Assembly (NCBI GenBank): GCA_963695555.1
Contig: CAVOGR010000001.1
Location: forward strand, 608,001 to 672,000
Length of the DNA stretch: 64,000 nucleotides
Source of the DNA: an uncultured Gemmatimonadales bacterium
Lineage (GTDB): Bacteria; Gemmatimonadota; Gemmatimonadetes; Gemmatimonadales; GWC2-71-9
Direction: 5' to 3'
In this document: positions 1 through 10,593 of the stretch, piece by piece
Numbering within the stretch: position 1 is the stretch's first letter
How the letters are laid out: the number at the start of each line of letters is the position of its first letter
Notes under the pieces: generated by a model
Databases searched by the model: none
What the model was told of the DNA's origin: nothing
Seen by the model: only the letters and a program-made list of their open reading frames with translations
Program-made: the position numbers and the translations under genes

Positions 1-1013
1 AAGAGCCGCAGGTCCTTGAGGATGAACTCGCGCTTCGATGTCGGCAGCGCGCCGAGGATGCGGTCGGCCAGGCCTTGCCAGGCACGGCCCCGGACGAACC
101 GGTCGGCGCCCTCCTGTGCTTTCGAGAACCCGGGCAGGTAGTACTCGTGGTGTATCAGTGCGCCAAAGACCACGGCCGCGCCCGCCGTGGTCCAGAGTAA
201 GAGGATCGGCAGCGGGTCGGCCAGCCGGAGCAGCCAGTTCATCACCATCTGCGCCGTCCACTCGCTGGGGAAGAAGGGGTTGGTTGGGGCACGAAGCAGG
301 GTGATGAAGTCGAGCAGGTTCCGGAACCCTTCCGGCCGGGCGATCTGCTCGGGCCGGATGACCCGGAGCAGGAGGACCACGCCGCCGGCTGCCCCGATCG
401 CAATGAGACTCAACAGGTCACGAGTGCGGCGAGCGGGGAAGATGTTGACGAGGAACAGTGTTAGCGCAGACCCCAAGACCGCGGGGACCACGAGGAAGGG
501 CACGACGGCCGCCATGGCCACGAACGGAAACAAGAGGCCGCCGTCGAACACGAAGCCGTAGGCCGTGAAGATGGGAATCGCAACCAGGAGTACCATCCAC
601 GACGAATGCACCAGCGTTTCGCTCAGCTTGCTCAAGTAGAACCGGAACCCTTCCACCGGCGCGCCGACCATGAGATCGAGGTCTTTGGCCAGGAAGAACG
701 TCGAGAGCGCCGTGATCAGGTTCGAGAGCAGGAGAATGGCCAGGAAGGCGAGCAGGATGATGCCCAGGATCTTTGCCGCGACCAGGTTGCCGATATCGGC
801 GACGCCGCGAAAGTAGCGCAGCACCCGGAATGCAATGCCGAAGATGGCGGACCAGAAGCCGAGCCCCACCAGTGCCAGGAGGAGGATCCTGGTGCTGGTG
901 CCCGAGTCCCGCCGCCGGATGCGCGCAAGCACGCTCCGCCATTTGGGGGTCAGGATGGTCGCGAGGCTCGGTTGCCGGGGCCGAACGTGCGTCGCCGCGA
1001 TGATGGCGCCCAC
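1..1013 (-). CDS. ABC transporter permease subunit (3' end runs off the window)
   Basis: Not in the ORF track. GTG at 1013 directly after the ATPase stop; reads MGAIIAATHVRPRQPSLATILTPKWRSVLARI...LLALVGLGFWSAIFGIAFRVL...LLLSNLITALSTFFLAKDLDL, with several TM helices. Confidence 0.8.
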   Translation of the reverse strand, partial: MGAIIAATHVRPRQPSLATILTPKWRSVLARIRRRDSGTSTRILLLALVGLGFWSAIFGIAFRVLRYFRGVADIGNLVAAKILGIILLAFLAILLLSNLITALSTFFLAKDLDLMVGAPVEGFRFYLSKLSETLVHSSWMVLLVAIPIFTAYGFVFDGGLLFPFVAMAAVVPFLVVPAVLGSALTLFLVNIFPARRTRDLLSLIAIGAAGGVVLLLRVIRPEQIARPEGFRNLLDFITLLRAPTNPFFPSEWTAQMVMNWLLRLADPLPILLLWTTAGAAVVFGALIHHEYYLPGFSKAQEGADRFVRGRAWQGLADRILGALPTSKREFILKDLRL

Positions 1014-1014
1014 A

Positions 1015-1773
1015 CTAATCTCCGAGGATCATGTCGAGTTCCCGCGCTGCCGCCCCGCCCGTCAGCCGGAGGAACAGGTCCTCGAGGCTGAGGTTACCCG
1101 AGGCGGTCTGAGTGCGCAGCTCGTCCATGGTGCCGGAGGCGATGATGCGTCCGGTCTGGATGATGGCGATCCGGTCGCAGACGGCCTCGGCTACCTCGAG
1201 TGTGTGAGTGCTGACCAGCACCGTGCCGCCGCGCTTCACGAACTGACGGAACAGGTCTTTGAGCAGCCGTGCGCTGCGAGGATCGAGTCCCACCATCGGC
1301 TCGTCCACCACGATGACCTCCGGGCGGTGAACCAGGGCGCTCGAGATGATCAGCTTCTGGCGCATGCCGTGACTGTACGACTCGGTCAGCTCATCCTTCC
1401 ACGGTGCCAGCTCGAACAGTTCGAGCAACTCGTCGATGCGGCGTTCGACCGCGTCCCCGTCTTGGCCGTAGAGTGCCGCGACAAACCGCAAGAACTCGCC
1501 GCCCGTCAGCTTGTCGTAGACGAACGGACGATCCGGGATGAATCCCAGCTTGGCCTTGGCCACCAGCGGCTCTTGGTGAATGTCGTGGCCCCCGATCGTG
1601 ACCGTGCCGTTGGTCGGCCGGAGGATGCCCGCGATCATGCGAAGCGTGGTCGTCTTCCCGGCGCCGTTCGGACCCACGAATCCGAAGAGGCTCCCGGCCG
1701 GCACGTGCAGGTCGATGTGATCGACCGCGGTGAAGTCGCCATACCGTTTGGTCAGGTCGTGCAGCTCAATCAT
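1015..1773 (-). CDS. ABC transporter ATP-binding protein
   Basis: Walker A GPNGAGKTT, signature YSHGMRQK, Walker B IVVDEP, H-loop STH. Confidence 0.95.
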   Translation of the reverse strand: MIELHDLTKRYGDFTAVDHIDLHVPAGSLFGFVGPNGAGKTTTLRMIAGILRPTNGTVTIGGHDIHQEPLVAKAKLGFIPDRPFVYDKLTGGEFLRFVAALYGQDGDAVERRIDELLELFELAPWKDELTESYSHGMRQKLIISSALVHRPEVIVVDEPMVGLDPRSARLLKDLFRQFVKRGGTVLVSTHTLEVAEAVCDRIAIIQTGRIIASGTMDELRTQTASGNLSLEDLFLRLTGGAAARELDMILGD

Positions 1774-3305
1774 GAATCATCGCCCTTGGTCGCCGGTTCA
1801 GGCCGTATGCGGGCCACGAGAGGTACCAGTTCGAGCGGCCGGCTCAAACCGTCCACCACGATACGCACGTGACGCCCATCCACGGGAACCTGCCCGTAGA
1901 CCGGATCGACCGGTAGCCAGCGGTCGAGATAGACTTCGGCCCATGCATGATAATGGAAGCTCTGCCCCGCCTGGAGAAATCCCGCCACGGGACGTGCGGA
2001 AAGACCCGACGCACGCGCCAGCGCCACAAACGCGAGGACGATGTCACTCGTGCTGCCACGACGTCGATCCAGCGTCCGCCCCGCGCTCTGAGGAACTCCG
2101 TCCAGTGCCACGCGCAGATTTCCGGATACCCACGAGACCAGCGCCTCCACGATCGCGCGCGGCTCCCTGGTGCGGCGGACGATTTGGCGCGCCCGGGCTT
2201 CGACCCGCGGATCGGCGAGCGCGAGCATGGGCGCGGCCAGCCCCATCCACTGGGTCTCGTCGGCCGAGACCTCCGGCACGGTGGCGTCTACCGGATGCAG
2301 CAGAATGGTGTCGCCGCGGCGGGTCTGTGCCGCGCCATCGAGGCCCAGGCGCTTCCAGTCCGGCCCCGCCGTGTCGGCGCCGGCCAGACGCACCGCACGA
2401 TGGGTCGGCGGGCTCGGGTCCAGTGCACTTTGGGGCAGCGGCGTGCCGCGCGGAGCCATCGCGTCGGTCGCGATGGCCGCTCGCCCGCGGCCGCGGTAGT
2501 TACCCCGCACGATTTCAAACGCCGACCGTTCGACACGTACGCCCAGCGGACTCCTGGACGCGATGACGTATCCACGCTGGTCCACCCAGGCGTGCACCGG
2601 GATGCCTCGGTCCCACGTGTCCAAGCGCCAGGCGTTGAGGGTGTCCAAGTGAGCCGGCACCCATAAGCCGCTGACTGGGTCGACTTCGGCGCTATCCGGC
2701 ACGACCAGGATCGACTCCGCCGCGACGGTCAGGTGCTGGCGGTAGAGCGCCAAACGCACGGGATCGAACACGGCGACGTCCGCCTCGCGGCCCACCTCGA
2801 GCCGTCCTTGGCGCGCGATGGAGAGCGAGACGGCCTCGGGAAGCAGGATGGGACCGGGCAGGTTCAGTTGATGCTGTTCAGGTTGCGAATCCGCGGAACT
2901 CGTAAACGAGAGGAGCAGCAGGGAATCACCTTCCACCGTGCCCTCGAGTAGGTAGCCGCCCGCCTCGCCCGAAAGCCGGCTCGAGAACGACTGGAGGCGG
3001 AGATCCTCGGAGTAGTGGCCGTTGCTCGAGAAGATGGCTCGGCGAGGTCCCTCGCCGAGCGGGAGATCGAGATCTTGGCGAGCGACGATCCGGATTCCGT
3101 CCTCGACCGTGTCGGCCGTTGCCGAGGCGATGCCGATCTGCCGGTCGCGGCTCCACATGGCGTAAAAGGTGGCGCCTGGTGGCAGGGTCGCGACAAAGGT
3201 CTGCGCGGCTGACCCGGTGTTTGGGAAATACTCCCGCTGGACGAGCCAGCCGAGGGACCCCAGCCAGGCGAGGACGATGGCGGCGGCGACGATGCGGCGC
3301 TTCAG
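1770..3305 (-). CDS. Membrane-anchored transglutaminase-like domain protein (catalytic Cys absent)
   Basis: C-terminal ...FVALARASGLSARPVAG...HAWAEVY...WLPVDP. The frame stays open 49 codons upstream of the listed ATG (3158) through a signal/TM segment KRRIVAAAIVLAWLGSLGWL to a CTG overlapping the upstream stop. Confidence 0.8.
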   Translation of the reverse strand: MKRRIVAAAIVLAWLGSLGWLVQREYFPNTGSAAQTFVATLPPGATFYAMWSRDRQIGIASATADTVEDGIRIVARQDLDLPLGEGPRRAIFSSNGHYSEDLRLQSFSSRLSGEAGGYLLEGTVEGDSLLLLSFTSSADSQPEQHQLNLPGPILLPEAVSLSIARQGRLEVGREADVAVFDPVRLALYRQHLTVAAESILVVPDSAEVDPVSGLWVPAHLDTLNAWRLDTWDRGIPVHAWVDQRGYVIASRSPLGVRVERSAFEIVRGNYRGRGRAAIATDAMAPRGTPLPQSALDPSPPTHRAVRLAGADTAGPDWKRLGLDGAAQTRRGDTILLHPVDATVPEVSADETQWMGLAAPMLALADPRVEARARQIVRRTREPRAIVEALVSWVSGNLRVALDGVPQSAGRTLDRRRGSTSDIVLAFVALARASGLSARPVAGFLQAGQSFHYHAWAEVYLDRWLPVDPVYGQVPVDGRHVRIVVDGLSRPLELVPLVARIRPEPATKGDDS

Positions 3306-3799
3306 GGGACGGTCCTCAGTCCTGCTTCGATGCGGGCGCGTTCCGCTTCATCCTCGACTACGATGGTGAGCGTGGGTGGATCGGACAGGCCCGTGTACCG
3401 TGCGGTGAACGATTCAATCAGGAGCGTGCTCGCGTCCGCGGGTTCGAGCCCCGCCCCGATGCCCGGCGGACCGGCGGCCAGGGTGCGGAGCCCCCAGTCG
3501 GTGGCCCGCTGCCAGGCCGACACCAACGCGCGTTCGATCGTGGATCGGCTCGTACGATGGAGGTCGGTATGGACCACCGCATGGATGACGAACTGCGCCG
3601 CGAGATCTCCGGCCCCCGTCACAATCGCCGCGCCGATGTCGAGTGGCTCCCGCGTGGTTCGATGTCTGACGAAGTCCGGCCCGGCGGCCGCATCGAGACG
3701 ATTGGTCACCGGACCCACCGGCGCGAGTGCATCAGTGGAGAGTCTGAGTACGGCATCGACTCGGATTTGCGCGAGGTCGCCCACCACGACCTCGATCAT
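3302..3799 (-). CDS. Macro domain protein (degenerate)
   Basis: MIEVVVGDLAQIRVDAV...GAAIVTGAGDLAAQFVIHAV...PPGIGAG; ATG overlaps the TPR gene stop (ATGA). Confidence 0.85.
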   Translation of the reverse strand: MIEVVVGDLAQIRVDAVLRLSTDALAPVGPVTNRLDAAAGPDFVRHRTTREPLDIGAAIVTGAGDLAAQFVIHAVVHTDLHRTSRSTIERALVSAWQRATDWGLRTLAAGPPGIGAGLEPADASTLLIESFTARYTGLSDPPTLTIVVEDEAERARIEAGLRTVP

Positions 3800-4491
3800 T
3801 GTGACGGAGGCTCCAGCGACCGCTGATAATACGCGGACGCTTCCTCCGAGTGCCCGAACCGGTCCGCCAATCCTCCCAACAGCCGGTACGTCTCGCTGCA
3901 GGCTGGATCCATTTCCGCCGACCGCTCCAGGGCTGATTGGGCGCCGCCCAAGTCTCCGGCCTGGATCAATGATTTGCCGAGGAACAGATAGCCGCGCCCC
4001 GTCGGACGGGCAGCCGTGAGTCGCCGGAAGCAGTCGGCGGCTTCGGCCGGCCGGCCCCGCCGCCAATAGAGAAGGCCCAACTCGTCCCAGGCGTTCCAGG
4101 CATCGGGCGCGAGCCGGACGGCCCGTCGGAGGTCGGCGAGGGCCGGCTCCCATTCCTGGCGGCTCGCGAAGAGCGCGCCGCGGGCCACCAGCAACCCCAC
4201 GTCGTCGGGCCGCTCGCCCAGCGCTCGGGTCAGCTCGGCTAGGGCCGGCGACTGCTCGACCACCCGATCGTCTGCCGACAACAACTCCTGTGGGGCCGGG
4301 TCCTCACGAACGGCCGCATCGGCCACTCCGGCGGGAGCGGAGGCCCCAGGCACGCCTTGGCCGGGGGGAGCCTCTCTGCCGTCGTCGGGCGGGACGTCAC
4401 TGGGTTCAGCCGGTCCGGACCAGCGTTGGCCGGTTGAATCGTAGCTGACCTTGGCGTGTCGAGCGCGTCTGGCGCGACGGGATCGTCGCAT
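3796..4491 (-). CDS. Tetratricopeptide repeat protein
   Basis: TPR-pattern helices (AWDELGLLYWRRGRPAEAADCFRR; YLFLGKSLIQAGDLGGAQSALERS); GGAGG upstream of the ATG. Start uncertain. Confidence 0.8.
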   Translation of the reverse strand: MRRSRRARRARHAKVSYDSTGQRWSGPAEPSDVPPDDGREAPPGQGVPGASAPAGVADAAVREDPAPQELLSADDRVVEQSPALAELTRALGERPDDVGLLVARGALFASRQEWEPALADLRRAVRLAPDAWNAWDELGLLYWRRGRPAEAADCFRRLTAARPTGRGYLFLGKSLIQAGDLGGAQSALERSAEMDPACSETYRLLGGLADRFGHSEEASAYYQRSLEPPSQ

Positions 4492-4666
4492 TTTGCCTCC
4501 CCCACCTGCAAGCCGGTAGACCGGGATCCGTCCCGCCGGCCCGGTGCCGCGGAAAAGGCCCTGATCTTCTGTTCCCCCAACGGGATAGCCCTCGTTGCTA
4601 GACCCGGGCGTGCAAATTCCCAGCCAGAGTTGTTTCCGGGTCTGACCCCTCCTACGTTACCAGGCT

Positions 4667-7552
4667 ATGCCTCAAGAATATCTCCGGGTTCGCGGAGCGC
4701 GCGAACACAATCTCAAGAATATCTCCGTAGCCATTCCCCGGAACAGCTTGACGGTCATCACGGGCCTTTCCGGGTCGGGTAAGTCGTCCCTCGCCTTTGA
4801 TACGATCTATGCCGAGGGTCAGCGCCGGTATGTGGAATCGCTGTCGGCCTATGCCAGGCAGTTTCTCGGCCTCATGGAAAAGCCAGATGTGGATGCCATC
4901 GAAGGACTCTCGCCGGCCATCTCCATCGAGCAGAAGACGACCGGGCACAACCCGCGCTCTACGGTCGGCACTGTTACCGAGATTTACGACTATTTGCGCC
5001 TCCTGTGGGCGCGCGTCGGCATTCCGCACTGTCCCAATGACGGGAGCCCGGTCGAGCGGCAGAATGCCGCTCAGATTGCGGAGACGGTCCTCCGTTGGCC
5101 CGAGGGGACTCGGCTCGAGGTTCTGGCGCCACTGGTGCGGGGCCGCAAGGGTGAGTTCCGGGAGCTGTTCGACGATATCAGGAAGCGTGGCTTCGTGCGC
5201 GTCCAGATCGACGGGGCCACGCATGACCTTGATGCGATTCCCAAGCTCAATCGACGGCGGAACCACACCATCTCTGTTGTGGTCGACCGGGTCGTGGCCC
5301 GACCCCAGGACCGTTCGCGGATCCATGATTCGATCGAGACCGCGCTGAGCGTTGCCGGAGGGATCGTCGAGATCGTGCGGACCGGCCCGAGCGGCGGGTC
5401 AGGCAAAGCAGACGCGGAATCCATGCTGTTTTCCGAACAGTTTGCCTGTCCCGCGTGTGGCCATTCCTTGGCTGAGCTCGAGCCGCGGCTGTTCTCGTTC
5501 AATTCGCCCTACGGGGTGTGTCCGTCCTGTCACGGCCTGGGCACTCGCAAGACATTGGCGGCCGGTCTGGTGCTCGGCGATAGCAGCCTTTCCATTCTCG
5601 AGGGCGTGATTCTCCCGTGGGGGGAGCCCAGCGGCTATCTCCGCAAGGTGGTGTTGCCCACCCTGGCCCGCGCGTTTCGGTTCGATCTGGCCGCCCCATG
5701 GGCCGAGCATTCGGACGCCGCCACCGAGGCCATTCTCCATGGCGTGCCCGGACGAAAGCTCCGGTTTGCTGTCGCGAAGGGGAAGGAACGCGAGAACTAC
5801 GAAAGCGAGTGGGAGGGCGTGCTCAGCAACATCGAGCGGCGGTACCGGGAGACGACCAGCGATTCGATTCGCGCCTCGCTCGATGAGTACATGGTCGAGC
5901 AACCGTGTGCCGAGTGCGCCGGCAAGCGTCTCAAGCCCGAGAGCCTGGCCGTGTTGGTGCATGGCGTGAGCATCGGGGACGTCGTCGATCTGTCGATCGA
6001 CCGGGCGTTGGCGTTCTTCCAATCCATTCCGTTGCGGGAGAACGGACGCCCCGGGCTCGACCCTGATGTGGCAGGCCCGATCCTCAAGGAAGTGCGCGAT
6101 CGGCTGCGATTTCTGCGGAATGTGGGGCTCGATTACCTCACCCTCGGGCGGTCTGCCAGCTCCCTGTCCGGTGGTGAGGCGCAGCGCATCCGGTTGGCTA
6201 CGCAAATCGGATCCCGGCTCGTGGGCGTGCTCTACATCCTGGATGAGCCAAGCATCGGACTGCACCATCGTGACAACGCCCGGTTGCTCGAGACGCTGCG
6301 CGAGCTCCGCGATTTAGGGAACACCGTACTTGTGGTGGAACACGATGCGGAGACGATTCAGGCCGCGGACCATCTCATCGATTTGGGCCCGCGCGCCGGT
6401 CGCCACGGGGGTGAAGTGATTGCGGAGGGTGATGTCGCCCAGGTGCTGTCGCATCCTTCGTCCCTGACGGCCCGGTATCTCCGCGACGAGCTCCGGATTC
6501 CGGTGCCCCTCGAGCGGCGCCGACCCTCGTCGAGTCGGCTCCTGCGTGTGATGGGAGCGAAAGAGAACAACCTCGCCAATCTCACGGTCGACTTTCCCTT
6601 GGGCCTGTTTGTCGCGGTGACGGGCGTGTCGGGGTCGGGCAAATCGAGCCTGGTCACCGACATCCTCTATCGAGCGCTGGCACGTCACTTCTACCGGGCC
6701 AAGGTCGTGCCGGGCGACCATACGCGAATCGAGGGTCTCGAAGAACTCGACAAGGTCATCGACATCGACCAGAGCCCGATCGGCCGGACGCCGCGGTCGA
6801 ACCCCGCGACCTATACCGGTCTGTTTACCCCGATCCGCGAACTGTTCAGCTCGCTGCCGGAGGCCAAGATGCGGGGCTATGGCCCCGGCCGGTTCTCCTT
6901 CAATGTGAAGGGCGGGCGTTGCGAGGCGTGTCAGGGCGACGGCTTGGTCAAGATCGCCATGCACTTCCTGCCCGACGTGTACGTCTCGTGCGAGGTGTGC
7001 AAGGCCCGCCGCTACAATCGGGAAACATTGGAAGTGCGGTACAAAGGCCGGAGCATCGCCGATGTGCTCGATCTGACCGTGGCCGAGGCGCTGGAGTTCT
7101 TCGTCAACCAGCGGCGCATCGCCGACCGGTTGGAGGTGTTGAATGATGTCGGCTTGGGCTACATCCATCTGGGGCAGTCGGCGACGACACTTTCCGGCGG
7201 CGAGGCACAGCGAGTCAAGCTCGCCAGCGAACTGGCCAAGCGTGACACCGGGCGGACCCTGTACATCCTCGATGAACCAACCACTGGCCTGCATTTCGAA
7301 GACGTCCGGCTGTTGCTCGAGGTGCTCCACCGGTTGGTCGACAAGGGAAACAGCGTCATCGTCATCGAGCACAACATGGATGTGATCAAAACAGCCGACT
7401 GGATCATCGATTTGGGTCCCGAAGGAGGCGATGCCGGAGGTCGCGTCGTCGCGGAGGGATCGCCGGAGGCCGTGGCAGCCATCGCTCAGTCCCACACCGG
7501 GCGTTATGTGGCGCGCGCCCTGGGCTTGGAATTGCAGACCGCGGGCGCGTAG
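4667..7552 (+). CDS. uvrA: Excinuclease ABC subunit A
   Basis: GAREHNLKN, two Walker A motifs ([18 protein letters not shown]), LSGGEAQR twice, CxxC zinc fingers. Confidence 0.98.
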   Translation: MPQEYLRVRGAREHNLKNISVAIPRNSLTVITGLSGSGKSSLAFDTIYAEGQRRYVESLSAYARQFLGLMEKPDVDAIEGLSPAISIEQKTTGHNPRSTVGTVTEIYDYLRLLWARVGIPHCPNDGSPVERQNAAQIAETVLRWPEGTRLEVLAPLVRGRKGEFRELFDDIRKRGFVRVQIDGATHDLDAIPKLNRRRNHTISVVVDRVVARPQDRSRIHDSIETALSVAGGIVEIVRTGPSGGSGKADAESMLFSEQFACPACGHSLAELEPRLFSFNSPYGVCPSCHGLGTRKTLAAGLVLGDSSLSILEGVILPWGEPSGYLRKVVLPTLARAFRFDLAAPWAEHSDAATEAILHGVPGRKLRFAVAKGKERENYESEWEGVLSNIERRYRETTSDSIRASLDEYMVEQPCAECAGKRLKPESLAVLVHGVSIGDVVDLSIDRALAFFQSIPLRENGRPGLDPDVAGPILKEVRDRLRFLRNVGLDYLTLGRSASSLSGGEAQRIRLATQIGSRLVGVLYILDEPSIGLHHRDNARLLETLRELRDLGNTVLVVEHDAETIQAADHLIDLGPRAGRHGGEVIAEGDVAQVLSHPSSLTARYLRDELRIPVPLERRRPSSSRLLRVMGAKENNLANLTVDFPLGLFVAVTGVSGSGKSSLVTDILYRALARHFYRAKVVPGDHTRIEGLEELDKVIDIDQSPIGRTPRSNPATYTGLFTPIRELFSSLPEAKMRGYGPGRFSFNVKGGRCEACQGDGLVKIAMHFLPDVYVSCEVCKARRYNRETLEVRYKGRSIADVLDLTVAEALEFFVNQRRIADRLEVLNDVGLGYIHLGQSATTLSGGEAQRVKLASELAKRDTGRTLYILDEPTTGLHFEDVRLLLEVLHRLVDKGNSVIVIEHNMDVIKTADWIIDLGPEGGDAGGRVVAEGSPEAVAAIAQSHTGRYVARALGLELQTAGA

Positions 7553-7573
7553 CCGATCACTCCATCTCTCTCT

Positions 7574-9889
7574 ATGTTCCGACCATCTTCCTTACCCCAT
7601 CGTTGGCAGGTGCTCGTGAAAGCCCGTGTTCTCGTTCTCGCGTCGCTGGTTCTCGCCGTCTCCGCCCCTCCGGCCACCGCACAGGCGGCCGACAGCGCAT
7701 TCCTCTCGGTCGACCGCATTTTCGGCTCCCGGGAGTTTGCGCCCGAGCGCTTCGGGCCCGCGCGATGGATCATGGACGGCTCGGCGTATACCACCCTGGA
7801 GCAGCCGGCGTCGGGCGGACCGGGAAAGGACATCGTCCAGTACGACACTCGCACGGGGACCAAAACCGTGCTCGTGTCCACCGCCGGCCTCACCCCGGCA
7901 GGCGATTCGGTCCCGCTCGCGATCGACGACTATCAGTGGTCCGATGATCGCGAGCAGCTGTTGGTCTTTACCAACTCGGAGCGGGTGTGGCGTACCAATA
8001 CCCGAGGCGATTACTGGGTGCTCGAGCGGGCCAGCGGCCAACTGCGGAAGATCGGCGGCCCTGCAGCGCCATCCACGCTCATGTTCGCCAAGTTCTCTCC
8101 GGATGCCCGGCATGTGGGGTATGTGCGGGAGAACAATCTGTACGTCGAGGACCTCCGAACCGGCACTATTGCCCAGCTCACCGCGGACGGGTCGCGGACC
8201 GTGATCAATGGCACGTTCGATTGGGTGTACGAGGAGGAGTTGGGCCTTCGGGATGGCTGGCGCTGGAGCCCCGACGGGCAGTGGATCGCATACTGGCAAC
8301 TCGATGCCGAAGGAGTGCGGGACTTCAGTCTGATTAATACGACCGATTCCTTGTACGCGCAGGTCATCCCGATCCAATACCCCAAAGCGGGCGAGGTCAA
8401 CTCGGCTGGCCGGATCGGGGTCGTGCCCGCCGCGGGCGGCGAGACCCGATGGTTCGACGTGCCGGGAGATCCTCGCAACAACTACCTCGCCCGGATGGAC
8501 TGGGCCGCCAATTCCACCGAAGTGGTGATGCAGCGGCTTAACCGGCTCCAGAACACCAATGAATTGCTCTTGGGAGACGCTGCGACCGGACGCGTGTCGA
8601 CCATTCTGGCGGACCGCGACAGCTCCTGGGTCGAGACCGTCGACGACTTCCGCTGGTTGGATGACGGAAAGCGGTTCCTGTGGGTGAGCGAGCGTGATGG
8701 GTGGACTCACGTCTACGCGATCTCGCGGGATGGCTCGGGGGCCACGCTCCTGACACCGGGCGCCTTCGACGTGCTCAATGTCATCGGCGTCGATCCGGAC
8801 GAGCGGTGGCTGTATTACATCGCTTCACCCGATCATCCAGCTCAGCGATACCTCTTCAGAACCCAACTCGCCGGTTCGGGAAAGGCGGAGCGGCTATCCC
8901 CGGCCAACCAGGCAGGCAGCCACTCGTACAATGTGTCGCCGAATCGACGCTGGGCATTTCACACCTATTCCACGTTCGATACCCCACCCGTGATCTCCCT
9001 CGTGCGGTTGCCGGATCATCAAACGATGCGGCCACTCGCCGCGAGCGAAGCGCTCGCGGGCCGGGTCGCTGCGCTCGAGCGGGGTCCGCACGAGTTCTTT
9101 ACCGTCGACGTTCAAGACGGCGTGGGTCTCAATGGCTGGATCATGAAACCGCCGCGGTTCGATGCCACGCATGCCTATCCCGTCCTTTTCTATGTCTATG
9201 GCGGGCCCGGATCCCAGACCGTCCGGGATTCCTGGGGAGGCTCCCGATATCTGTGGCACCTCATGCTGACGCAGCAGGGCATCGCGGTCGCAAGCATCGA
9301 CAACCGTGGCACGGGAGCTCGGGGGCGGGACTGGCGCAAGATCGTGTATGGCCAGCTCGGTGTGGTCGAGACCCAGGACCAGGCCGCCGCCGCCCGGATC
9401 GTCGGCCGCTGGCCTTACGTCGACAGCACTCGCATGGCGATGTGGGGGTGGAGCTACGGCGGGTTCATGAGCCTCAATGCGTTGTTCCAGCATCCGGACG
9501 TGTACCACGCGGCCGTGGCGGTGGCGCCGGTGACCCACTGGAAGTTCTACGATACCATTTACACCGAGCGATACAACGGCTTGCCCCAAGACAACGCGGA
9601 CGGGTACGATCGCGGCTCGCCGCTCTCGTACGTGGACAAACTCCGCGGCAACCTCTTGCTCGTGCATGGGACGGGTGACGACAACGTCCACTTTCAGAAC
9701 TCCGAGGCGCTCATCAACGAGTTGATCGCGGCCGACAAGCAATTCTCCCTCATGATCTATCCCAACCGGACCCATGGGATCTTTGGCGGGAACAGCCAGC
9801 GGCATCTCTTTCGAGAAATCACCAGCTACCTCGAGGCGCAGTTGCGCCCCACAGGGCCGAACGGGGATGGCGCCGTCTCGCGGCGGTAA
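7574..9889 (+). CDS. S9B dipeptidyl peptidase IV, secreted
   Basis: Signal peptide, DWVYEEE motif, catalytic GWSYGG...DDNVH...NRTH. The true start may be GTG 7616. Confidence 0.93.
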   Translation: MFRPSSLPHRWQVLVKARVLVLASLVLAVSAPPATAQAADSAFLSVDRIFGSREFAPERFGPARWIMDGSAYTTLEQPASGGPGKDIVQYDTRTGTKTVLVSTAGLTPAGDSVPLAIDDYQWSDDREQLLVFTNSERVWRTNTRGDYWVLERASGQLRKIGGPAAPSTLMFAKFSPDARHVGYVRENNLYVEDLRTGTIAQLTADGSRTVINGTFDWVYEEELGLRDGWRWSPDGQWIAYWQLDAEGVRDFSLINTTDSLYAQVIPIQYPKAGEVNSAGRIGVVPAAGGETRWFDVPGDPRNNYLARMDWAANSTEVVMQRLNRLQNTNELLLGDAATGRVSTILADRDSSWVETVDDFRWLDDGKRFLWVSERDGWTHVYAISRDGSGATLLTPGAFDVLNVIGVDPDERWLYYIASPDHPAQRYLFRTQLAGSGKAERLSPANQAGSHSYNVSPNRRWAFHTYSTFDTPPVISLVRLPDHQTMRPLAASEALAGRVAALERGPHEFFTVDVQDGVGLNGWIMKPPRFDATHAYPVLFYVYGGPGSQTVRDSWGGSRYLWHLMLTQQGIAVASIDNRGTGARGRDWRKIVYGQLGVVETQDQAAAARIVGRWPYVDSTRMAMWGWSYGGFMSLNALFQHPDVYHAAVAVAPVTHWKFYDTIYTERYNGLPQDNADGYDRGSPLSYVDKLRGNLLLVHGTGDDNVHFQNSEALINELIAADKQFSLMIYPNRTHGIFGGNSQRHLFREITSYLEAQLRPTGPNGDGAVSRR

Positions 9890-9989
9890 CCCTCCACCGC
9901 GACGAGGTCCGGCGGGTCCCGGGCCGGGGTCGCGCCCTCCCTCCGTGAACCGTAGATTGTGCATCGGCGCCAGTCTCGGGAGGTGACCC

Positions 9990-10205
9990 ATGACGTACCA
10001 GGAGATCGTCGCCCTCCTGGGGTATGCCGGGGGCAATGACCGGCCAGTCCGGATCATCACCACCGACCGAACCGAGATCACGGGCGTGCCGACCAGCCTC
10101 GACACCCACGTCGCGGCTCATGAGGTGTACCTGAGACCCGCGGGAATGGAGGAGACGGAGATCGCCCTGTCGCTCGGCGCGATCGCCGAGGTCGAACTGG
10201 TGTAG
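9990..10205 (+). CDS. Small hypothetical protein (71 aa)
   Basis: GGAGGTG Shine-Dalgarno, typical codon usage, beta-strand-like pattern. Confidence 0.7.
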   Translation: MTYQEIVALLGYAGGNDRPVRIITTDRTEITGVPTSLDTHVAAHEVYLRPAGMEETEIALSLGAIAEVELV

Positions 10206-10337
10206 CAGACCCGCGGGGCGGTGACCAGCCTCGGCCGACGGGCGCATTTTCGGAGTGTTCCGAGTTGAAACAAATCAGGTAGGGCCTCCGTACTGGCTCT
10301 GCAGCCGGATCGAGACTTCTCGAAGAGAGGCCCAGAT

Positions 10338-10586
10338 ATGGAAGGCGTTGTCGCCATCATCTTCATCTTCGGCGGCTTGACCTTGTTTGGGTTGTCGATG
10401 AGCCCGGTCGGGCGAGCCTTGGCGGAGCGGATCCGGGGTGGGCCGATCGCCCAGCACGATCCCGAGATCCTGGCCGAGCTGGATGACATCCGGGCCGATG
10501 TGGCGGAGCTGCACGAACGGGTCGACTTTACCGAGCGCATGCTGGCACGGCAGAACGAGCCAGAGCAGCTTCCGGGAGGAGCGTGA
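10338..10586 (+). CDS. Small TM + coiled-coil protein (PspB-like architecture), paralogue 1
   Basis: N-terminal TM helix, then ELHERVDFTERML coiled coil; AGAGG RBS. Confidence 0.75.
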   Translation: MEGVVAIIFIFGGLTLFGLSMSPVGRALAERIRGGPIAQHDPEILAELDDIRADVAELHERVDFTERMLARQNEPEQLPGGA

Positions 10587-10593
10587 GGCTGCC

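Noticed and set aside
4492..4666. LexA/SOS box upstream of uvrA
   Set aside because: No convincing palindrome matching a LexA motif I know.
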